From Lingula anatina (lineage: Eukaryota; Animalia; Brachiopoda), in the NCBI GenBank assembly GCA_051362555.1, contig CM120647.1, positions 6,386,001 to 6,450,000 of the forward strand: a stretch of 64,000 nucleotides of DNA, read 5' to 3'. A program made the position numbers and the translations under genes. The notes beneath the pieces are model-generated. The model saw nothing but the letters and a program-made list of their open reading frames with translations, was not told where the DNA came from and searched no databases. Position 1 is the stretch's first letter; each line of letters opens with the position of its first letter. Of the stretch, positions 50,271 through 61,800 are shown one piece after another.

Positions 50271-51834
50271 TTATAGACTGAAAATTACGTGTGCACAGGC
50301 AGCTCATAAGTCTTACGTCAGCTAAGCATTACACATTTATATACACTGTCATGGGAAGAAAGAAAGTTGAGAGAAAACGGATGAGCGAGGAAAGCAAGAT
50401 GATTTTGAAAGAGAGTGCTTCTGGTGGATGAAGGGGAGTCTTGGCATATGCAGGGAGCGTATGCGTACAACATTTGGGTTGTCAGAAAAAAATCGTTACA
50501 TTCACAATAAAGATCAATCGTAACAGCAAGCAGATTTATAAATTGTAATATTATAAATTTTAATATTGCCACCTGTTTTCAGAACAGTATAATTTCTAGT
50601 CAACTGTACCTTGAATTTTTGATTGACCTTTTATTTTTGAAGTTATTAATACTGAAAGTGGAGGGTCCATAATTAAAAATTTAGTAAAATTCACGTTTTA
50701 TCGAAATAAAATCAAAAGTAAAAATAATAAGAGAAAATCCAGAAGCAGTTTACTGGTTTTTGTGCTAACCTTTAGATAGCTCTTTCAATCGTATTTATAG
50801 GGATTTTTGTTTAAGATAAACCCTTGATTACAAAATATGACAATTTTAGCCCAAAACGAGAATATTACGTCACTCGTGTTACACTGCGACTACAAGCTTT
50901 GGAAATTTTTTTGCTTGGTAGACCACATCCTTTAGTTAATAGGAAATTAAATTAGCTGCATTAGTTTTGGATTTTTTCATTAATATCCTTAAGCCTTAAT
51001 TAAATTTAAAATTGCTGTCAATTATAACCATCCACCAATGAGCGATGGCGTCTACAGGGATATATATCCCCGATCTTGTTTGAACCCTAGTCAGATGTTT
51101 AAGGCCCAAGCTTTGACAGTCACCCGTGGAAAACACACAGCAACGGAACAAAGGTAACACATCACCTTGTTATACTGTGGTGTAGGAAAGATGTAACTTT
51201 GACTTAACTGGTGATTTTTTTACACGATATGCGTGCTGCCATCTGCGGGTCGAATATAAACTTCAGAGACTTAAGAATCAAGAATCACGATGAATATTTT
51301 AACACAAAAGTCGGTGGAAGCCGAAACTAGTTGAGAGAAAATTGTCAATGTTTGGATCAAGTTACGAGAAATTGTTGTTTCTTTTTAAAGATTATAACTG
51401 TCATCATTTAAATATACACAGTTTTACCTTTTGGACAGAGATTTTTGAGAACTACAATGAGTGATATAATATAATATATAAAAATAAGAAAACCAATTTT
51501 GTTGGAAATTTGAGCTATTCTTTTTCCAAAACGAGAAAAGCATACACCATCCAAAAACAATTGAGATAATTGAAACCCTAAGTTAAAAAAAAAATGAATA
51601 TCTCTCTTAATGGAGATAGAAAAGAGTGAACTTTAATGATCACTGTAACAATGAGAAATTCAGAGCGCAAAGAAGAGTTTATGGATCAAGATTTTGTGAC
51701 CGGTTTTGAATTTTGCATTGGCGATTAAAGGAAAAATTACTTACATTTCTAGGAAATGGATTTTTTTGCTATATAAAGGTGTAATGCACAATGTAATGCT
51801 TGTATTTAAGTTAAAGCAGTTTAAGTTGGTAGAT

Positions 51835-52106
51835 CAGAGGCGGATCCAAGATTATTTGAAGGGGGGGGGGGGCGCTGATACGAAGCCGACCCTAGCCAAC
51901 CCTCCTTGGCGTGGAGGTTCGGGGACCGTTGAAGGCCCCCGAAAAATTTTGGCGTATTAGAGGGCGAATGATGCCATTTTGTACGGTTTAGAACTATGAT
52001 TCAGCTAGTCAAAATTCTAATTTCAAGTGGGGGACATCGGTGTGATTTTTTTTCAGAAATCGAAAGTAAGTCTGAACCCCCTGACACCCCCTTGAATCCG
52101 CCACTG
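51835..52106. mobile_element. MITE with CAG..CTG termini; an internal fragment recurs in reverse at about 57200-57263
   Basis: cagaggcggatccaag ... cttgaatccgccactg. The stretch tagagggcgaa..gtacggtttagaactatgattcagctagtcaaaattcta is reverse-complemented near 57200-57263. Confidence 0.7.
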
Positions 52107-52385
52107 AAGATAATAGGCAATTGCAATGAAAAGCTGACCAAAGTAACTTTCATTGAAAACGATCCATGAAAGGAAAGGGGGTTTAAGGGGGTGTGGAAAA
52201 CGACACATGAACTAGATCAGAGCTGTAAGTTCTTTACTTTTCAGTCAAGAAGCTGTTTGGAGATAAATAGTGAAGAAGTCATACCATGGCGATCGAAATC
52301 GTTTTACTGTGAGTCTGTTGATTTTTTTTTCTGTAAAGCGAATGATTTTTATTCCGCAGAATGTCGATTTTTTACACATGCCGAA

Positions 52386-52417
<32 letters not shown>

Positions 52418-53091
52418 GCGCGCGCGCGCACGCGCATGCACACACACACAAACACACACACACACACACACATGCTAGAAGACTATTACATCGTAGCAGT
52501 ACTGAACTACATAAAATCAATGATAAACAGTCACTTGTCGATATAAATTGTCCACTTTTCGCTGAGATAATACTGGCGCACCTTGAACATGCGGGCATAA
52601 TTTTTGTGACAGCATCACAAACTACGATGAAAATTATTTGTAATTCCGTGTCACCGTTCGCTTAAAGGCATAATGGACTAATAAGAGTTAAAGCAGAGCG
52701 AACAACTAACACCTGGAGCCTTAAATTGCCCAATTTTCACAGAAATCATCCAGACATCATTATTGTGAATTATTACAAATAATTATTGTAAACAGATCCA
52801 TTAGAAGTATTTACACTTGATCGACATTTTTCAAGGCCACTCTTTTTTATACCAAACAAAAGCATAAACTTTGTAATTAATAAAGTGCATTTACCCGTCA
52901 TGTGGAGTGTTAGGCAATGTTATCACACAAATTCACAAAATAGCTTGAATAGGGACAAAAAGTGTTAATATCCCAAACAGCTCGAGAGAAGCAAGCCATC
53001 TTTGATTTATTTTATTCACTATTTCTCAACAGAATGTGATAACGTCAATAGAAATTAATATATATATATATTCGCATATTTTTCTGTTTAG

Positions 53092-53666
53092 GTATGCTTG
53101 TGGGTTTATAGCAGGTGTGGGAGGTTACGGAGGTACGTGTCATTTGTTTTTTCTTCACACATTGTGATGTAAATAAAGTAAACTAAAACGATTAATTGTG
53201 TCAAATGAAAATGGAAGCCAAATCGCCAGCATCAAACGGTTTGCGCCTCTTTAATCAGATCGCATTACTGATGCTTGTGAAAGACGGTCTTAGCAAAGAC
53301 GACTATTTGTTTGTGAAAAGACGGTCTTAGCAAAGACGACTATTTGTTTGTGAAAAGACGGTCTTAGCAAAGACGACTATTTGTTTGTGAAAAGACGGTC
53401 TTAGCAAAGACGACTGTTTGTTTTTAAAAGACGGTCTTAGCAAAGACGACTATTTTCTTTGGTCGACGAAATTGCGTTAAGCAAAGGAAGGTACTTTACC
53501 TCGCTTTTTGTCTTTCAACTTATCCCCTATTGCTATTTGCAATAACCTTGGCAACGACGTTGACGCACAGCGATGAAAATAACCCTTTTTTGGCACAATG
53601 ACTGTTGTTCGTAAAATGATTTTTAATGTCTCATGTATATTTAAAAACTACTACTACTTCTACTAC

Positions 53667-53699
<33 letters not shown>

Positions 53700-56600
53700 A
53701 GACCTCATGATAGGCACCATAGGTCAGGTCCGCAATGGTATCACGGCACCAAATGGCATAGAATATCTGGCGTCCCGGATTTCTGAGGGCACCGGATGCA
53801 TCATCTCTATCTCAAACAACGGAGACGGGACACTGCGGGCGCCGCACTGGGACGTTTTTGAGGGGGAGGTGGAAGGAAGCGTGCCACAAGAGATCGGTCC
53901 CAGACAATCCGTGGCTCTGAAATTCCACAAGTCAAAGATAGGTGAGAAGGGCTATCGTCCATCGTATTAAAGGCGTGGGTTGGTGCTGAAAATCAAATTT
54001 TTAGTCAGCAGGCCAATTTCCCTTACTGAGCAAAATGTATCGTAGCATGACAGTAGATCTTATCGATTTTTTTTTGTTTGTAAAGAAAGACACCCATTAA
54101 TGCCACCCTGAGCTTCAGAGATAACTTGACACTAACCTCTTCACTATAGCCTGTCTTTATCGTGTCAAGTTGAACATATGCTATAGTGAAGAGGTTAGTG
54201 TCAAGTTAACTCTGAAGCTCAGGGTGCCCAATGCTGATTTTTCAAAATAATTTTCACATAGGGGAACAGGTGTAACAAGAATGGAAGTCCGGGCTCTCAT
54301 ATGATTAGTACAGGTTAGGGTTAATTGGAGTATTGGGCTTCGTATATGGACGAACGTCACCTGTACAAAGTACTGAGAAGCGGACTATGGTTCTTAGCGG
54401 ACTCCCATTCCTGTTACACTGGGCTACATGTGTAGTGGGTCTAGTAAGACACTTTTGGCCTTGTAGAGTATCGTATGTGACATCGGATATTTGCACGACT
54501 TTGAGCAAATGAAGGTATCACCACCGGGTTTATTGAACAATCGTGAACAGCGCAGTAACAGCCTCTCACTTAAAATGGGCTATATCTGTTGTTATTTGCA
54601 TAACAACAAGTTGCTCATCGTAGTGCGAGCTGTCTTCTCGAGTGCTCACTTGGCAGTTAGACAGAGTCGGGTGTAGACGCAGCAGTAGGCCTATGTGTGG
54701 TGCAGTCAGAAGGTCGAGCTTTTATAAGGCGTGGAAGCAAATGCATGTTTGTAAGTATCACCATTTCTTCATCAACCACAGTCATTAAATACTAAAGGCG
54801 CAGAAGAATGAGAAAATATTAACGACAAATATTAATGACATGAATCCTTTTACCATTGTTACTTGTATGTCACTCAAAATGGTAGAAATTATTGCTTACA
54901 GTACACTGGGACTCCAAATGTTCAGGATAAACGGCGCATTCATCTGACTTTTGATGATAACCCAAGTTTGCTTGAAATCCTCTGCACTTTGTAATCCTCT
55001 GTTTGAACATTTTGTGTGTCCCGGCCTTGACAATTAATTTGGAATATTTTGACCTGATTAAAAAAGTCGTGTGTGTTTAAATATAAGTATTACCACCCAA
55101 ATTAATTAATTGGATGCTTGTCACCGTTCTGAACTTCTGATCCAAGGATTTCGAGTCATCATTACACAATGATTAATAGATACATATTTTACACAGCCTG
55201 ACGTCTCCATTGTGCCGTGTGTTTTCCATCCATTTCACGGTTCACTGTATGAAAACTTATTATATATGTGCAATATATTTGTTATAATTTTCGAAGAGAA
55301 TTTGCAAACGATCTCTTTCTCTGAAATGCGTCAACATGTACAACACGTGTTATAACTTTTAATATGAAGAGGAATATATTACCGGTCGTAGCAATAACCT
55401 CACCCACCCTGCAAATGAAACGGGCTGTGCTATCAATGTTACTTATTTAACAAGAGGCCTCAAATAGTTATATCATTAACTAATTCCAGACTAATTCCAG
55501 ATTATAATTTTGGTTTTAGCTGAACCTGAACATCAGACTAGTTAATAAATGCGCACGCCATTCCATTTATATGTGCCCTCTGCCCTGGGATGTTACATGC
55601 ATTATTAGAATGTAAAGAGCCTTTCTGTTTAATTCAAAGTTGTAAACATTATTTTATCTTTTCAGGAGCTCAACGAGATTCTGCACAGTATCCGCCTGAA
55701 AGCAATCTGTGAAGTCTAGCCTTTGTTTCACACGCAGGAACCCACGCTCCTTCGTACATCTGTTATATGAAAACTCAATAAAAAACTTTTGTAATTTTGC
55801 GTTTTATTTTTTACTTTGTTATGAAATTATTATGATAAGTATAGTAAGAAAATGAGTTTTTTTAGTGTTTGAGTACGTTCAAATTCAATCTGATCAGTAA
55901 ATAACGTCAATGTTTTTGAAGTTGACGGTTTTCTGTGGTGCCTAAATTTTAAATAGTTGTAAAATGACCAGTATTTTCCAAATAACCCCTCCAAGCTGTT
56001 TTAGCGCACTGAAATATCTAAAATGCTTTCCAACAACCTACATTTTACACTTCAAATTAATACAAATTTACATTCCTGGTTTTTAAAAATTTTACATGAG
56101 ATTTTTGTTCCATAGCATATGGAACTGATTCGCTTGGATATAATTTTCACTATATTTTCTCATATAGGGAGGGTACCATTTTGACGGGTTTTGACATTTT
56201 TATCGTGAATTGTTTTAATTTGGCGGCCTATTCTTAGTATAAATACTTAATTTGATATTTGAACGTAATAATGAAAAGGTGGGATGATTCTGATGTAAGC
56301 TTAAATCAAGTTAGTTTTTTAATGGATACGGCTGAAATTGTCCACAAAATTTGATTTCTGAGGGTAAAGCAGAATTTATTCAATTCCTGTTCTCTGAACC
56401 AAATCGGGATAATTACTAGAATCGCCCCACCTGCCTCCCCTTCTATTGGAATGGACTGGCCCCACCTGTCATCCCTCAAATGCAATGGACTTGCTCCACC
56501 TGACGCCCCTTCTAATGCAATGGACTCGCCCCACCTATTAGCCCTCTAACGCAATGGACCTGACCCACCTGTCATCCCTCTATTGCAATGCACTCGCCCC

Positions 56601-57588
56601 ACCTATCACCCCTCTTATGCAATGGACCTGCCCCACCTAACACCCCTCTCATGCAATGGACCTGCCCCACCTGTCAGTCCTCTCATGCAATGGACCTGCC
56701 CCACCTGTCACCCCTGTGATGCAATGGAATCGCCACACCTGTCACCACTCTAATGCAATGAACTCGTCCCACCTGCCACCCCTTAAATGGAATGGAATCG
56801 TCCCACACAACACCCCCTCAGATTGAGTGGATTTTCTCCACTTAACCCCTCCAATTGAATGAAATCTCCCAACTTGTCTATCAGATGACTGTGGAGTACT
56901 ATTCAACCTTACTTGCTTCAGTCAATTCGTCACTGCTAAACCTTTTCACTACTCCTGTGTTAGCTGACCTTGTAAGCAATTTATTAGAATGGATTTTCTA
57001 AAATGAAGTTATAACAATCCATTAATTCACCAGTAACGTCAATCAACTATCAGGATTACTTGAAAACAGCTTTTTAATAATTTTGATAAACCTTGTTACA
57101 TAATTGAAGTCTATTTTTAAGATTTTTTAAAGCTTTTCATCATGTCGGTAATTTCGAGTAGGTACCGACTGCCGGAGGGATCTAATAGCTCTAGTCACTC
57201 TAGAATTTTGACTAGCTGAATCATAGTTCTAAACCGTACTAAGTGGCACCGTTCGCCCTCTAAATTACCATATACAGAAATACAAAGGTTACTGTAACTT
57301 TAAAAAGTCAAAAGTGGGATAATACGGGGAAACTTTCGAGTCCCGACTTTACCAGTATACTAATGATCATATAAATATTTCAGGTAACCCCAAGAATATT
57401 TTCGAGTCCTCCTCCGGTATCATAGGGTACACTGTTAAAGGAACCGCCCACACTTTGGTATTTGGATGGGAAGTGCCCCTGTTTGACGCCAATCATTTCA
57501 GATTTCAGGTAAAGGATTGTTACTATCTTTTTCTCTCTTTAGCTTTGGGTCTATTGGAAGTTTTATATGGGTCACCAGGGTGCTTTCG

Positions 57589-57653
<65 letters not shown>

Positions 57654-58135
57654 TTTACACAAGTAATCTTTTAAAAATTATATAAATTTAAAGGAGTTGC
57701 TTACTGGCACTAAACGTCTTGGTTCACAAAACAAGACTTAGACGTGCTTGGAAGTAGTAAAATATTCTTTTTTGAGGGTAAAAGCACGTTAAAAATAAAA
57801 ATTAACTTTCCCAAGATACTCCCACGCTTGCTTAAGTTTCGGTTATGCACAATTTCAGGTAATTGCCATTGATAGAATAATAAAATTCTTTAACTTGTTT
57901 TATTTCCCCTTGTTTCTCTTTATAGGTATTCCACAAATACGTGCACGCTTCGAGGGAAGTTTACGACGAAATCGAGTCCAGATACAACGTCACAGAAACT
58001 CGCGTCTTCAAGCAAAAGGACTTCGGAGGGTTAACCGTGCAGGGGGCCATGACGAACCGCAAGCAAGCGGAGCTCTACATTTTCCTCGATTATGACCAAA
58101 GAGAATTCGAGCTCGCCGAAAAGTTGGAGAAATAA
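53092..58135 (+). CDS. Actinoporin-like protein, spliced; start codon or first exon not identified
   Basis: Exons 53092-53132 (tentative), 53702-53941, 57384-57508 and 57926-58135 splice in frame: ...CIISISNNGDGTLRAPHWDVFEGEVEGSVPQEIGPRQSVALKFHKSKIGNPKNIFESSSGIIGYTVKGTAHTLVFGWEVPLFDANHFRFQVFHKYVHASREVYDEI...GGLTVQGAMTNRKQAELYIFL...*. The pattern I.I.N....L..P, P..I.P, F.K, G.I.Y, W.VP, A...Y..I, G.M.....A.L.I follows the actinoporin (equinatoxin/echotoxin) fold. Confidence 0.72.
53276..53455. repeat. 37-bp tandem repeat, 5 copies
   Basis: gaaaagacggtcttagcaaagacgactatttgtttgt repeated. Confidence 0.93.
54104..54226. repeat. Near-perfect inverted repeat (about 45-bp stem) in an intron
   Basis: caccctgagcttcagagataacttgacactaacctcttcactatagc ... 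gctatagtgaagaggttagtgtcaagttaactctgaagctcagggtg (1 mismatch). Confidence 0.9.
54271..54418. mobile_element. Small MITE family D
   Basis: TIR tgtaacaagaatggaagtcc / ggactcccattcctgttaca. Confidence 0.7.
56420..56880. repeat. About 35-bp minisatellite, about 12 diverged copies
   Basis: tgcaatggac(c/t)tgccccacctgtcacccctct repeated. Confidence 0.9.
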
Positions 58136-58866
58136 TTACATGAGAAATGATATGAGATGTCAAAGACGGTGTATTTCACGTTTGTTTTTAACTTCAGTTT
58201 TGGAACATAATCCGACTTTAAACTAGGTTTGGCCAGAAAAGCACAGAAACAACATGGATATCGGCGGATTTTTAATTTAAATTACTCTTATTGCCACTGT
58301 TATTACTACTTCTCGTCTAGTACGAATATTTTCTGTGACCATTGTTATTTTATTCAGATTCATTTCACTTAAAAATAATAATTAATAATCATTAAAGCAG
58401 CTCAAAAAAGAAGTACAAGGCATTTATTGGAACATATTTTCTTCAAAGCACCAGTGACAATTCTAGAGTGTCAAGTAGAGTATGCTCAGTGACATTAGAA
58501 TGATACAATTGCATTTAAATTAGGATTACTAGAATTTATAAGCTCAGATTTCCCAATGACACAAATTACAAAAATAAACATAAATAAACAAATAAAAAAT
58601 CAACCAAAATAATTATTAAAAAAAAAAGTCAAATGACGTGAACAATCCCCATTTTCGATCAAAAAAATTCCGTCTGAGCCCACAGCTTCAGTGCATCTAT
58701 TTTAAATTTTTTAATCATTAGTATATTTTCATATTGAGAAATGATTTTGGATATCCAGTAAGGAAAAGTCTAATATAGAATTTGAATAATATATTGATAT
58801 GTTCCTGATTTTTCAAATTCTTCAGGAATATCTCCCAAAACGGGCACAAAACTGTTCTTCACAGTT

Positions 58867-61800
58867 TTAGCTTTCGTCCATCTTTTCCTCTTTCCTTCCT
58901 TCATCCTTGCCCTCGCCCCCCTGCTCAGCGTTTTGCATTGCACGAACAAACGCTTCAACATCTGAAATACATAAACAAAATATCATACAGTGGATATATC
59001 AGGGTTATACTGAACATTATTCATGAAATCCATAGATATTACAGCTTCTTGGCCCTAAAATATAAAATTTGGATGCACAAGTTTTTAAGATCTTTAAATT
59101 TCTAAATTGCCAAGAAATCAGTTATAATCTAAACAATCTTAGAAGCAGGAAATTGTACTACTAAATATTCAGTCAAATTTGAAAGATTTTTCTTACATTT
59201 ATGGATCATTTAATTTAAACATGCAAACCAGAATTATTGAAGTCACTATTTGAATTTCCATAAAAACTTTACCTGCATATGGAAAATAAATAAATAAATA
59301 AATAAGGCAATTAAAACTCACCTCCCTGTGCAGCTGCGTTGGCCACCTCTTCTCCCAGGCCAAACTGCCCCATGAGTGGCCCCAGCTGACCAGAGGCCAG
59401 TGCAGCACTGAATGTACTCAGAGCCTGGAAATAGAACAAAGAGAAAGAATTATTATTATTAGTACTAGAAGAAGATCTGAGAGGGTTAGCATACTACTGG
59501 ACATGTACCACCAGCAGCACTAAAAGTACTTAGAGCCTGGAAACAGAAAACACAGGGAGAATTAGTACATCAGAGAGGGTAAGGGTTCTCCTAGGATGAA
59601 CCACCAGCTGGGTTAGGTGTACACATTAAAGGGATGATAACAAAGATATTTCTGGAGCAAAGGGGTGATAAAAATGATATTTCCAGAGCAAAAGGATAAT
59701 TACAAATATATTTCCAGAAAAACTCAACAGCCTGTTGATAATTTGTAACTGAGGAATAGGAGATGCACAGCCACCTTCTGGGCATGTACCACCAGCGGGG
59801 TCAGTAACATAAAGTGGGCAGAATAATAACATGTAAATATTTCAAGAGACACTTCATTTGGGCAATTCACAATTATAGGTTTTATTTGACAATTAAAAAA
59901 AAATTAAATTAATAAAATAAATTAATTTTAAAAAATAAAATAAATTATTGAATATGGCATCATACAAACCTGTTGAAACTGAGGTGCAGAAACCGTGGCT
60001 CGCAGCTCTTCCTCACTCTTCGGCAGAGAGCCCCCCTGTGGCAAGAAGGGGATGAGCCTCTGCTGTACCTCCTTGTTCGCCAGGATGGGAATGAGGCTGT
60101 CGGGATTCAGGGCCTGAACCAAGTCTACGTCTGGAACAAGAGGGATATGATTCAAAACATACTGAACAAAATTTAGAGAAGAATTTCAAAAATATATTTT
60201 AGGAGCAATTTTATTAATGGACAACAGGAACTTCCACAACACAATAATGAATATAATATAACTCATGAATGAGTGTGTGCCCTGGGAAAAAAAAAAAAAA
60301 AACATTATCTTTTGTTCAGCCCTTTTCCTTTTTAGTATGCACCATAACAGAAAAATCAGGGTAGCAATGAATTACATTTCACATCTATTTTCATCCACTT
60401 ATCTATAATTGTTTTTGCCAATTTATCATCAAGTATTTCAATTTTCTAATTTGCCTGCAACTGGCCAACTAGAAATAAATTCAAACCATTTCTAGAAGAC
60501 AATGATTTATATCAGATATAACAAATTGCCCTTTCATGAGAGGGCCTTGATCACATTTTTACTATCAATGCACAAGACAACAAAAAACCTATTTAAACAA
60601 ACTATCCAACTAGAAGGCTAAGAGATATTTTATCCTTGAGTGAGCTAAGAGAATAAGATGATGCTGGGGTAGCGCTAGCAATTTTTTTTGGTTAGCCAAA
60701 TTACCACTTTTTTTGTCAATTTGTTATCCAAATGGCTTTAATTTGACTAAAATTAGTCAAATCAAGCCCTTTTTGTTTAGCCAGTTTAAGTCAGTTTTAG
60801 CATTTGGCTAAATTGGCGAGTGTTAGGGCTACCCCAGTGATGGTAAAATGTATACATACTTGTTTGACTGGAACCTGTGGCTCCTGATGCTGCCGGCACT
60901 GAAAATTATAAACAAACAGACTTCAAATACACATTAAGATGATATCATACCTGATTTTATTCAAGAGCAAAAACAACTTTCAAACAATATAATCCAGAAA
61001 TTAAAAATTTTAAACCTGTGAAAATCCCACACTGACTCACCTGTCATATTAGACAATATATTCTGCAAGTCACTGAGTTGTATGGGAGTTCCGCCGGCAC
61101 CAGGTGTCGGTGCCTGAGGACCAGCAGGGGGCGCTGTCTGTGGCACAGGTTGCTGCGCTGTGATCAGCGAAGGCTGGGAAGGCAAGGCAGCCGCGGTGGC
61201 AGGCCGCGGAGCAGGGGTCACTGTACTGTCAGCACTGGTGGCTCTGGGACCAGGAGAAGATTGGACTCGCAGTGGCCTGCAATATCAATCAATCAATTAA
61301 TTAGTCAATAAATAAATCAACACTAAATGTTAATGGAGTAAGAAATTCAGTATGAATCAACTGACGATGAATACGGCAACATTTTTATTAATCTGTGCAC
61401 AAAATACGAATAATTCACAAAACAATACAAATATCTGAAAACAATCTGCTTCTTCCACAAAATAAGTTTAGTTTGAATATAATGATTTCATTTCTTTATC
61501 CCTTCTAGTGTGTGCATCTAATTGCAGAGAGGAATAGACTTTGTATAGGAATCAAATACTTCAGAATAAACTGTTTAAATTCTTACGTGGATGAGTCAGT
61601 GGACTGAGCACTGGCAGGTCTGGCTCCCATCATAGATGTCAGTCCTCCCATACCACCCATCCCCATACCACCTGAAGAGTAGAGAACATAGTCCTTATTA
61701 ACTAGATAAATACACTCTCTCTCTCTCTCTGGCACGAACACAAATTCTCTGTCTCTCTCATTTATTCACTCTTTGTCAGACACACCCTCTTTCTCAGGCA

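Noticed and set aside
51230-51250. ATGCGTGCTGCCATCTGCGG as a possible first exon of the actinoporin-like gene
   Set aside because: Phase-compatible, but the donor (gtcgaa) is poor; unsupported without transcripts.
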